Below, in pieces: positions 19,514 through 28,151 of a stretch of 64,000 nucleotides of DNA. The notes beneath the pieces were generated by a model that did not search any database, was not told the DNA's origin, and saw only the letters and a list, made by a program, of their open reading frames with translations. The stretch's first letter is position 1; the number at the start of each line of letters is the position of its first letter. Source of the stretch: a virus; the IMG/VR virus record IMGVR_UViG_3300025133_000069, positions 12,430 through 76,429 of that record; one strand, given 5' to 3'. A program made the translations under genes and the position numbers.

Positions 19514-19615
19514 TCAGTTCCAGGCCAATACGTAAAGAAGCAGAATTATCGGTGCGCCGATGACAACTGCCAATGTCCAGAAAATTCCCTTTGCAATACC
19601 TTTTATAATACTCAT
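19514..19615 (-). CDS. small membrane peptide MSIIKGIAKGIFWTLAVVIGAPIILLLYVLAWN
   Basis: GGAGG RBS on the minus strand at 19624-19628; hydrophobic 33-aa product. Confidence 0.6.
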   Translation of the reverse strand: MSIIKGIAKGIFWTLAVVIGAPIILLLYVLAWN

Positions 19616-19672
19616 ATTGTTATCCTCCATATTTATAATATAAATACATTGATGTATAAGTTAAAATTAATA

Positions 19673-19682
19673 ACTATTTAAT
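19673..19682 (+). promoter_or_regulatory. putative late promoter motif ACTATTTAAT
   Basis: Recurrent motif upstream of AAGGAG and the ATG at 19702. Confidence 0.5.
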
Positions 19683-19701
19683 ATGTAAAAAGGAGAAAAA
19701 A

Positions 19702-20640
19702 ATGAAAGTTGATGGTATCTTACAGATTAACGATGAATTAAATTCAATTCTTTGGAAAAATGAACAACTTTCTCCTATAGTTCATGGTAGATTATTAGAA
19801 ATTGCTGAAAATTTCTTTTCTAAACTTGATTTAGGGGTTGATTTAGAAGATATCACAATTACCGGGTCTATGGCAAATTATAATTGGACTAAATATTCGG
19901 ATATAGATCTTCATATTGTAATCGACTTTTCAGAAATTGATGATAATAGAGAACTTGTAAGAGAATTTTTTAGCTCTAAAACATCTAATTGGAATAAAAA
20001 TCATAATATTTCATTTTTTGGACATGAAATTGAAATTTATGTACAAAATCTTAATGAAAAACACTTCTCAACTGGAGTGTATTCCCTGTTAAATAACGAA
20101 TGGAGTATTGTACCAACCAAGGTTGATCCAAAAGTCGATGTAGAGATGGTGAAAAGAAAAGCGAACTCTCTTATTGACATGATTGAACGCGCAGAAGACA
20201 TGTACCTTGACAGGGATTATAGCGATGCTTATGATTTCTCATTAAGATTGATAGAGAGAATCAAAAAGTTTCGACAATCAGGACTAGAGGGTGTAGGGGA
20301 GTACTCGAATGAAAACCTGACCTTTAAATACCTAAGGAATCACAAATATACCGACATCCTTTTTGGCATCCGAAACAACTCTTACGACAGAATGATGTCT
20401 TTAGACGGCGATCATGATAGAAAATTCAAAATTTTCATACAAAAAGAAGATGCTCCGGAAGAATCTGGGTTTCATAGGCTTAATGAGATAGGAAAGTTTC
20501 AAAAATCAGTGAGAAGAAGGCACATGCGTCAGAAAAAACGATTATTAAGGCGCGGACCACAAAATCCTGGGGGCGCCTTTCCGAAAAAGCCTAGTTATAA
20601 GAGATCAAAGTCCTCGCCGGCGGGTTTTGGAGGGACTTAA
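19702..20640 (+). CDS. Pol-beta-superfamily nucleotidyltransferase (large-phage type)
   Basis: ITGSMANYNWTKYSDIDLH carries the GS...DxD motif; third acidic residue in EIEIYVQ; basic C-terminal tail. Confidence 0.8.
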   Translation: MKVDGILQINDELNSILWKNEQLSPIVHGRLLEIAENFFSKLDLGVDLEDITITGSMANYNWTKYSDIDLHIVIDFSEIDDNRELVREFFSSKTSNWNKNHNISFFGHEIEIYVQNLNEKHFSTGVYSLLNNEWSIVPTKVDPKVDVEMVKRKANSLIDMIERAEDMYLDRDYSDAYDFSLRLIERIKKFRQSGLEGVGEYSNENLTFKYLRNHKYTDILFGIRNNSYDRMMSLDGDHDRKFKIFIQKEDAPEESGFHRLNEIGKFQKSVRRRHMRQKKRLLRRGPQNPGGAFPKKPSYKRSKSSPAGFGGT

Positions 20641-20699
20641 AATGAAAATTTCCAAAAAATTGGCTAAAAATCACTTTTTAAGCAAAATTGGAGCTAAAA

Positions 20700-21860
20700 A
20701 TGTTTAAAATTATTGGAAATGAACAAAATTTTCCAGAATTTCATCAATTTTATGAATTGGGCAACAAATTTGTGCCTTTTGCACAAAAAAAGCTTGGTTT
20801 TGATAAGCCAGTTGACATTGATTTGGTCTCAGACCCGGAAAATGCCAAAGATCCCCTTGGAAAGACGGCTTATTATGACCCAAGCATGATGAAAATCACT
20901 TTATTTGTCGATAAACGGCATGTAAAAGATATTTTGCGGTCTTTATCACATGAACTCGTTCATCATGCTCAAAATTGCCGAGGAGAGTTCAATAAAGGCC
21001 ACGATCTCGGTGAAGGGTCATTTTCAACGAATAAAGAGCTTCAAAGGCTAGAACTTGAAGCATATGCTAAAGGAAATGGTGATATTGTGCGTAGATTTGA
21101 AGATTTACAAAAAGAATCAAGAAAGGAGGTTTCAGAAATGAAATTAGAAGAAAATAAAAAAGAAATTATTAATGAAAAGTTCGAATGGCCGTTTCGAAGT
21201 CGGTGGTGGGATAATCTTATTGGTAAACTCATGAAATGGATGAGAAAAAGATCAGAACAGTTAAAAAAAGCATCCGATGAAGAAAAAGAGGCCGAGGTGC
21301 AAAGAACTCTAAATGAAATAGAGATAAAATATAGAATAGAACTTAATCTACCGGGGAAGCCAAACACACAGTCGTACCGGTACGAAAAAACTTTTCAAGA
21401 GAAACCAAAGGTTTATAGTGAGCCTATAAAACCTGAACGACGGGGGCGGGAACCAGAAAGTAAATACGAGAAAGTAGTGCCTGAATCAATAGATCATTTT
21501 GTGGAATCGATTCTAAATGAACTAAACTATTTACCTAAGCAAGATATTCTAAAGGAGAATAATGATATGTCAGTAAAAGAAGAAGGAAAAGGGCCGCATC
21601 CTGGTTTAACCTGTGCAGAAGCGCACAAAGGAACTCCTTGTCCAAGTGAAGATGTAGTTGAAGAAGGCGCCCCCACTTGTCCGGACGGTAAAGAGCCCGA
21701 ACTAGGCGATGATGGCCATCCGACGGGTAGATGTGTGAAGAGAAGACAAATGGATGCTCCTATGGGCGAAAATATTGAAGAAGAAGTCAATGAAAATTGG
21801 CGTTTTGCTAACAAAGATCAACTTCTATTTGAAGAATTAGTCAAAAAATGGACTAAATAA
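20700..21860 (+). CDS. HExxH zinc-metallopeptidase-like protein fused to acidic Cys-containing segments
   Basis: LSHELVHHAQ...ELEAY. GGAG RBS favours the ATG at 20700; two internal in-frame RBS+ATG sites. Confidence 0.7.
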   Translation: MFKIIGNEQNFPEFHQFYELGNKFVPFAQKKLGFDKPVDIDLVSDPENAKDPLGKTAYYDPSMMKITLFVDKRHVKDILRSLSHELVHHAQNCRGEFNKGHDLGEGSFSTNKELQRLELEAYAKGNGDIVRRFEDLQKESRKEVSEMKLEENKKEIINEKFEWPFRSRWWDNLIGKLMKWMRKRSEQLKKASDEEKEAEVQRTLNEIEIKYRIELNLPGKPNTQSYRYEKTFQEKPKVYSEPIKPERRGREPESKYEKVVPESIDHFVESILNELNYLPKQDILKENNDMSVKEEGKGPHPGLTCAEAHKGTPCPSEDVVEEGAPTCPDGKEPELGDDGHPTGRCVKRRQMDAPMGENIEEEVNENWRFANKDQLLFEELVKKWTK

Positions 21861-21869
21861 GGGGTAGTT

Positions 21870-24728
21870 ATGGGCGGTTCAGCTGGACATATGGCGCATC
21901 CCTTTGATTGCCGCGAGGTAAGAAATGGTCAAGATTTAATCAATTTTTATATAAAAGCGATTAGTAATATACCTCTTTATCAAGGAGAGATGTCTCGTGA
22001 TGATTGGTTAGCTGATTTTGGTGGTGTTAACCCTTCTTCAGTTAAATTTGATGGGGTTAATGCCTCTTTTCGTCTTGAAAAGACTAACACTCCTGCAGGG
22101 TTCATGTTTGTGCACGATCGTGGCGCGGCAAGTGACAAATCTGATGTTGGAAAAATAGATTATAAGGGTATCACCTCTGATAATGCTCACGAGCGGTTTC
22201 CAAGTAAGCCTTTTGAACCAGAAACGAACGAACAAGGCGAACAAGTTTGTCCAGAAGATGCTGAAATTGTTAACGTTGATGGAAAAATGATGTGTTCAAA
22301 ACAACACGGCATGATTCATGTTGTGGAGATAATGTCTAAGATATTAAACCATGATTTAATGAAAGTCAAACCCTATATTGAAGCGCTTGGTATATTTGAG
22401 AATGGTATCGGGCCCGAAGGTGTTACTTTTAATGCAGAGTTTTATTCAAATGAGGATCCGGAAAAAGATATTAAATCAATTAAAAATGTAACTGATTACA
22501 ACCAAAATTTTATTGCTATTCACAATTTACAAGATTTTCACACTGAAGAGAAGGTTTCAGCAAGAGGGAAAGTGGCTACTAGCCGTAAAACTAGAGGGTA
22601 TTATTGGCAAACGCAAGAAGAATTACAGCAATTATTTGATCAGAAAGATCAACTGCAAGCTCAAAGACAAGATACAGTTGAAATTGATACACTAATAGGT
22701 GAAAAAAACCAAGATCTTTATAGAAGACAAAATGAACACCAAGAAATTATCAATAAGTTCGCCGAAGCTTTAGCAGATAACGCAAATGCTTTGGATCTTC
22801 CGTTTAACGTACATACACAAGTTGGTTTACAATTCAAAGAAGGTTTAACAAGAGAAATCGTTATTAGAAGAATTGAAGAAGCTCTAGAAACTAAAGTTCC
22901 TTACAATTATGAGAAAATAGATGATAATACAAGTATAGGCCCCACTGCAATTAATGAACAAACTAATGAAGTAGAGCCTAGAAAATTAGGGGATCTTTTA
23001 TTGCAGATAAAAGAAAATCCGGCGCATGCGGCATATTTTCCTGATGAGTTTAAAAAAACTAAAAAAGACGGTACACGAAAACCAGAATTAGCGGCTATTA
23101 AGGTAAGTTCAGACTTTAGTAAACGACATGCGAGTCCATCAGGCAAATTATTAAACACCAAACAAAGTGCTTTTGCAGTAAAACTCTATACGGATATTAT
23201 AGTTGATGGACCACATACTGGCATCGGAGTCGGAGATGTTGCTGGAGATGCAGATAAGAGTTTTGAAGCAATTAACAGTGCGGTAATATTATGGCATGCA
23301 GTAAGATTACTTGGCAATGTTTTAAAAGAGTCTGTTTTATCTAAAGTCGACTTTGGATTGCCAATGTCAGAACAAGAAGGAATTGTTATACAATCAGAAA
23401 AAATGTGTGATGGGATTCCATTTAAGTTTACAGGTGAATTTATTGTTCAAGGCCGAGAATCTCCACATAGAAAAGATGCACCTCCACAAATAAATGAAGT
23501 TAAATTAAAATATGGTGAGTTATTAGAAAGATTTGTAGTTGAGCAAGAAGATGTTCCTGCTGAAGAAAAACGAACACAGTACGTAGTTCTCGTTCCAGGT
23601 GGTTTTAAACCTCCAACTGGTGGCCATTATTCAATGATTCGACAATATGAAGAGAGACCAGACGTCGCAAAAGTGATTGTTGTTACTGGGTTTAAACCCA
23701 GAACAGGTCAAGGCATGACTATTACTTATCAACAAAGTAAAGCTATTTTTGATTTATATGGTGGTTTTGGAGATAAAGTAGAATTTAGAGATCAGGGGCC
23801 ATGGCCGACGCCAATGAGAACTTGTTATGAGCTTATGAATGATGAAAGATTTATATCTGAATTCCACGGTGCAGTTTTTGCTTTAGGCGCTAGCGACAAA
23901 GATGATGACGAAGCAAGAATTGGTGAATTTGCAAATTATTTTCAAAACAATCCAACGAAAACCGGTGTGCAAGTTGCTAGCGCAGGTCCCGCTAAAGCTC
24001 TCGAAGTACGTGGAGAGGCAGCTAGTGCTTCCCGTATGAGAAAAGCCTTTATTGAAGGAGATTGGGAACTTTTTAAGGAACTATTACCAGATGATAATTT
24101 TTATGATGACGTCGTCCAAATTTTGAATGGCCAGGTAACAAATATTGTACTCGGCCAAGGGGAGGAACAAGTGAATGAAAATTTTTTTTCAGCGGACTCC
24201 CTATTTTCTCTGGTTGATGATGTCTTATTAGAATATGCATGTAAGAGCGGTAAAAAGTGGACAGTATGTAGTCATGAAACCAAAAAGGTAATTCCAACAG
24301 CAGGCAAATTTTCTTCTAAGGGAGCCGCAAAAAAAAGAGCTGCGCAAATGCATGCACATTCTAATCAAGAAAGCTTAAAACAAAAAGAAAAGAACGTTAT
24401 ACTTACCGAAAGGGAAGATGAGGCACTTAACGTTATGTTAAACAAGATGGTCCAAGACGCTTTAAAAAATAAAACAATAACTAATTTACCTGAATTCATT
24501 AAAAGCCTTACAGGAGACGCTGTTGAAGCGGTATTAGCTCAATTTCAAAATATCGCACCAGAAGAAGTAACAGGAACAGAAGAACCAACAGTTGTAAGTC
24601 AGATAGCAGAAGAAGAACCATTAGAAGAAATATCAGCCATGGGCGCAGGTGGCGCTGGTGGGGGTGCTGTTGAAGGCGCCGGGGGAGGATGGATTAATGA
24701 CAAAAAAAGAATTAATGCAGGAATTTAA
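21870..24728 (+). CDS. large-phage MGGxAGHMxHPFD (DUF6267-like) protein fused to a cytidylyltransferase-like (HIGH) domain
   Basis: N-terminal MGGSAGHMAHPFD, SVKFDG, EGIVI...FKFTGEF; PGGFKPPTGGH and SASRMRK motifs. Confidence 0.7.
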   Translation: MGGSAGHMAHPFDCREVRNGQDLINFYIKAISNIPLYQGEMSRDDWLADFGGVNPSSVKFDGVNASFRLEKTNTPAGFMFVHDRGAASDKSDVGKIDYKGITSDNAHERFPSKPFEPETNEQGEQVCPEDAEIVNVDGKMMCSKQHGMIHVVEIMSKILNHDLMKVKPYIEALGIFENGIGPEGVTFNAEFYSNEDPEKDIKSIKNVTDYNQNFIAIHNLQDFHTEEKVSARGKVATSRKTRGYYWQTQEELQQLFDQKDQLQAQRQDTVEIDTLIGEKNQDLYRRQNEHQEIINKFAEALADNANALDLPFNVHTQVGLQFKEGLTREIVIRRIEEALETKVPYNYEKIDDNTSIGPTAINEQTNEVEPRKLGDLLLQIKENPAHAAYFPDEFKKTKKDGTRKPELAAIKVSSDFSKRHASPSGKLLNTKQSAFAVKLYTDIIVDGPHTGIGVGDVAGDADKSFEAINSAVILWHAVRLLGNVLKESVLSKVDFGLPMSEQEGIVIQSEKMCDGIPFKFTGEFIVQGRESPHRKDAPPQINEVKLKYGELLERFVVEQEDVPAEEKRTQYVVLVPGGFKPPTGGHYSMIRQYEERPDVAKVIVVTGFKPRTGQGMTITYQQSKAIFDLYGGFGDKVEFRDQGPWPTPMRTCYELMNDERFISEFHGAVFALGASDKDDDEARIGEFANYFQNNPTKTGVQVASAGPAKALEVRGEAASASRMRKAFIEGDWELFKELLPDDNFYDDVVQILNGQVTNIVLGQGEEQVNENFFSADSLFSLVDDVLLEYACKSGKKWTVCSHETKKVIPTAGKFSSKGAAKKRAAQMHAHSNQESLKQKEKNVILTEREDEALNVMLNKMVQDALKNKTITNLPEFIKSLTGDAVEAVLAQFQNIAPEEVTGTEEPTVVSQIAEEEPLEEISAMGAGGAGGGAVEGAGGGWINDKKRINAGI

Positions 24729-25614
24729 ATTACGAAGATTAATTCGTGGTGCAATTAAAATCCGAGAACGAAAATTAAAAACGCAAGATCTCAATAAATT
24801 AGAAGATGAACAGAAGCTTCGTAAAATAGTACGTTATTTTCTAAAAGAAGCAAAAGATGTTGATGCGTCAACAAATCCTGTTGGTTATGGTTCAACAGCT
24901 TTAAACGCGGTAGCAACTGCTTTTAACGATATTCTTAAAACTGTCAAAGAGGGATTTCGCTTTTTGGAAGAGCCAGAAGAAAGAGAATCTTTTAGAATCC
25001 ATACTTTAGAAAAAATGAAAAGTATTCTTGATCACCTAGAAGCATTAGATTTTCAAGGCGCCGAAGCAGCGGAAGGGGGAGTTGTAGGTGAAGATAGCAT
25101 TGCTGAGCAAGAAAGAGATGAAGAAAAAATAGAAATTGATATTGAGAAAGTTGATGATCCGGATGCGAGAATAATTCCAGATTTTGAGAAAGAAAGGTAT
25201 ACTCCAGATGAAGAAACAGATGAAGAAACAGAAAAAAAAGAATTTGGAGAGTTTTCTATTTCTGAGTTGGACGTAACTGGAGCGAGAAAAGCTTTTGAGA
25301 TGTTTAATAATTCAAATATACAAGATACCATTACTAAAAATAGAAAAACTATTGAAGATAAGCCGGGCGCAGCAAAAGAATATAGAGAGTTTGTTTTATA
25401 TAATATAGATTTGTGGTTATTGACTTATGAAGAAGAATATGCCAAGGAACTTGGGCAAGAACCAGCGTTCACAGAGACAATTATGGACAGGCCAGAATCT
25501 GCTGTTGAAATAGGTAAAGGTAGACAATACGGCCCTCCAGGAGCTGGAGAGGTAGCAGCTGGCATGGAAGAACCTACTGAGGCAGAGGAAGGTTTGCCTC
25601 CGTTAGGGATGTAA
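24697..25614 (+). CDS. acidic hypothetical protein with LRxxIR/LKE leader-like repeats
   Basis: GGAGG RBS, ATG at 24697; EFKLRRLIRGAI and EQKLRKIVRYFLKE. Confidence 0.75.
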   Translation: MTKKELMQEFKLRRLIRGAIKIRERKLKTQDLNKLEDEQKLRKIVRYFLKEAKDVDASTNPVGYGSTALNAVATAFNDILKTVKEGFRFLEEPEERESFRIHTLEKMKSILDHLEALDFQGAEAAEGGVVGEDSIAEQERDEEKIEIDIEKVDDPDARIIPDFEKERYTPDEETDEETEKKEFGEFSISELDVTGARKAFEMFNNSNIQDTITKNRKTIEDKPGAAKEYREFVLYNIDLWLLTYEEEYAKELGQEPAFTETIMDRPESAVEIGKGRQYGPPGAGEVAAGMEEPTEAEEGLPPLGM

Positions 25615-26094
25615 ATGTTAACTTTCTTATCCTATGTTTCTGCTATAGTTTGTGCAATCTTATATTCCAATATAGTAGAATGGCTGGCGCATAAGCATTT
25701 TTTGCATGGCTTTGGCAAAAGCAAAAGTAGCATATGGTCTTTTCATTGGCACCAACATCATAAAAAAGCAAGAAAAAATGATTTCTATGATGAAGATTAT
25801 TTAGATGGATGGGTTGGTGCACCTTTAAGAGAGAAAATTGGATTGTTTTCTTTACTGGTCCTTCATTCTCCTTTACTTTTTACAGCACCTGTATTTTATA
25901 TAACTTTGGTTCTATGTTCTATTAGATACTATAGAATTCATAAATATGCTCATTTATTTCCTAGTTGGGGAAAAGTTTATTTAAGATGTCATTATGATCA
26001 CCATATGGGTAAAAATCAAGATGCCAATTGGGGCGTTACAACAAGTTGGGTTGATAAATTACTTGGCACGAGAATAGAATATGTGGGAGAGTAA
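25615..26094 (+). CDS. fatty-acid hydroxylase/sterol desaturase superfamily membrane protein
   Basis: His boxes HKHFLH, HWHQHH, HKYAH, HYDHH and NWGV; hydrophobic helices. Confidence 0.8.
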   Translation: MLTFLSYVSAIVCAILYSNIVEWLAHKHFLHGFGKSKSSIWSFHWHQHHKKARKNDFYDEDYLDGWVGAPLREKIGLFSLLVLHSPLLFTAPVFYITLVLCSIRYYRIHKYAHLFPSWGKVYLRCHYDHHMGKNQDANWGVTTSWVDKLLGTRIEYVGE

Positions 26095-26443
26095 AAGAAG
26101 CAGATTTAAGAGGCCTGATCATGATTATTATAGTATTGCAAATAAACTGAAAGCTGAAGGCAAAATCAATGAAAAATTTGAAATTATGCTTTCATCTCTT
26201 ACTTTAGAAGAAATAATAGGTCTGAGATTGGAGCTAGCTGCTAAGTCTGTTAATTATAAGCTTTATGGCTTAAATATTTGGAGTTCTGTTCCAAATATGG
26301 TACGAGATGGTATATTAAAATATGTGTATTCTGCAGCTCGTACAAAAGGAGAAATGGCTAGTTTTTTGGGTATAGATAAAAATACACTCAAAAGATTGCT
26401 CAAGAAATATGATATTACTAATTATTTTAGTAAAGAGGGGTAA
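26081..26443 (+). CDS. protein with C-terminal Fis-like helix-turn-helix
   Basis: TKGEMASFLGIDKNTLKRLLKKY. Confidence 0.65.
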   Translation: MWESKRSRFKRPDHDYYSIANKLKAEGKINEKFEIMLSSLTLEEIIGLRLELAAKSVNYKLYGLNIWSSVPNMVRDGILKYVYSAARTKGEMASFLGIDKNTLKRLLKKYDITNYFSKEG

Positions 26444-26447
26444 TTTC

Positions 26448-27146
26448 ATGAAAATAACAAAATCACAATTAAAACAAATTATTAAAGAAGAACTGAAAAG
26501 TGTTTTAAGTGAACAATTGCCACGTCGCTCGGCTGAGCGCCGGCGACAAGACCGCGAGAAGTTTAAAAAGTGTCTTAAGACTTTCAATCCTGAAAAAGAA
26601 GGTACTAATTTTTCGTATGAAAATATAGCTTTAAATCTTAAAATGGCTTTAATCCTTAATGATCTTAGAACATCGACGAACAGCGGAAAATCTCTCAAAA
26701 AATGGAAAATTGATCCGTTAATAAGTTTAAATCCCGGGCATGTTGAAGAAATTAAAGAACGTTATATAGAAATGCGTTGTCAGGATCCTGATCAGAGTCC
26801 TGCTAGAGTTCGAAGAAGGGCTGGTGCAATTGGTGGCGATAGTAGCTTTTTTAGGGACCAGAGCAGTGGCCTGGGTGCTGGCGTGCGGCGATTTCATAAG
26901 GGCCCGCTGTCGCGCGGGTCCATAACTAATATTTTTGATGGTTTTGGGGATCCCGGCGGATATTCGCCTTTGAGAGATGAGCTTAACGATCTTCTAGAAA
27001 AAACAGGTGCATGGAAAAAAATGCGCATGGATGACCCTGTACGTAAACAATATAAAAATTGGATTCAAACAAGATTAGGGCGATGTGAAAAGGGGGGTGG
27101 AAAAACCCTCCCAGATGGTAGTTGTTCGAAAGATGTAGTGCATTAA
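26448..27146 (+). CDS. leader-tagged cassette protein 1 (MKITKSQLKQIIKEEL)
   Basis: ACTAATTATT at 26417 and GAGGGG RBS put the start at 26448, not 26409. Confidence 0.85.
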   Translation: MKITKSQLKQIIKEELKSVLSEQLPRRSAERRRQDREKFKKCLKTFNPEKEGTNFSYENIALNLKMALILNDLRTSTNSGKSLKKWKIDPLISLNPGHVEEIKERYIEMRCQDPDQSPARVRRRAGAIGGDSSFFRDQSSGLGAGVRRFHKGPLSRGSITNIFDGFGDPGGYSPLRDELNDLLEKTGAWKKMRMDDPVRKQYKNWIQTRLGRCEKGGGKTLPDGSCSKDVVH

Positions 27147-27162
27147 CAATGGAGGTGAACTA

Positions 27163-27525
27163 ATGAAAATCACAAAATCACAATTAAAACAAATTATTAA
27201 AGAAGAGCTGGAAAGTGTTAAGATACACGAGCGGAAGGCGAAAGCAGGAGAGGAATACGGTGACTTCGTCGTCGTCAAAACAGTCGACGGGGGTACAGCC
27301 GCGGTCCGCAAGGATGTTTATAAATATTTTGGCCCTATTTCTACTATACTTCCGACTGACACGCTTATGAATGCTTTAGAACAGGCTATGAAAAAAAATA
27401 ATATTCCTTTAGATATCGTCGGTTCCGGGGTTGGTAGAATAGGTGCGGACTCGGGCGGCAGATTCACGTTTAAATTTAGTGTAGATCTCGAACCTGCCAA
27501 ACTGCCGGCCCCAGAAGAAAAATAA
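27163..27525 (+). CDS. leader-tagged cassette protein 2
   Basis: GGAGGT RBS; leader near-identical in DNA to 26448 and 27545. Confidence 0.85.
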   Translation: MKITKSQLKQIIKEELESVKIHERKAKAGEEYGDFVVVKTVDGGTAAVRKDVYKYFGPISTILPTDTLMNALEQAMKKNNIPLDIVGSGVGRIGADSGGRFTFKFSVDLEPAKLPAPEEK

Positions 27526-27544
27526 ACAATACGGGGATAAACTA

Positions 27545-27799
27545 ATGAAAATCACAAAATCACAATTAAAACAAATTATTAAAGAAGAGATGGAAAGTGT
27601 CTTAAAAGAACAAGAGGTGCTGCGAGGGGCGAGAATAACGAAGAAGAAACAAGACGGGGACTATTGGATTGTAACTGTGTGTCTAAGAGACACTTGTGCA
27701 GAAGGAAAAGCAAAAGGAGCTACTACCAGCATCGCGATCCGCGCGGCCGAGCAGAAGGCCCGGACTAATTTGTTAAAGAAACTAAAGGGAAATGACTAA
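27545..27799 (+). CDS. leader-tagged cassette protein 3
   Basis: Leader near-identical in DNA to 27163; unrelated body. Confidence 0.85.
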   Translation: MKITKSQLKQIIKEEMESVLKEQEVLRGARITKKKQDGDYWIVTVCLRDTCAEGKAKGATTSIAIRAAEQKARTNLLKKLKGND

Positions 27800-27802
27800 T
27801 AC

Positions 27803-28151
27803 GGGGGTGAACTGGTATCGACTGAGTATTGAAAATATAACGTGCAAGGCTGTGATGAGTGAAGGCACAGCATAAAACACTCAAAATTTAAACGCCAACG
27901 ATAACGTTGAGTTTGATTACGCCCTAGCGGCGTAGTCATGGGGAATGACGAGAGCCTTATTAACCAAAGACTGTTCATCGATGGTTTTCTTCGGAAAGTA
28001 GATGTAAGAGGGTTTTTCCAAGTTAGGCCCATAGGATAAACTTGGTGGTGCGCGGTGCGAGTTTGTCAGAGTTCATAAACTGACTAACCTTGTGAATGAC
28101 GTTGTATTAGAAATATTCAGGACCCGGGTTCGACTCCCGGCACCTCCACCA
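27803..28151 (+). ncRNA. ssrA: tmRNA, tag peptide (A)ANDNVEFDYALAA encoded at 27894-27935
   Basis: 5' GGGGGTG pairs with 3' CACCTCC-ACCA with a G3:U alanine wobble; T-arm CCGGG-TTCGACT-CCCGG; tag ORF ends in ALAA-stop. Confidence 0.95.

Noticed and set aside
19702-20640. CBASS/cGAS-like cyclase
   Set aside because: Motifs fit the common large-phage NTase family and there are no adjacent effector or cap genes.
20642-20707. Tiny ORF MKISKKLAKNHFLSKIGAKNV resembling a type A leader
   Set aside because: Only 21 aa, lacks the IIKEE core and overlaps the next gene's start; too weak to call.
27796-28032. Minus-strand 78-aa ORF
   Set aside because: Antisense to the tmRNA gene; spurious.
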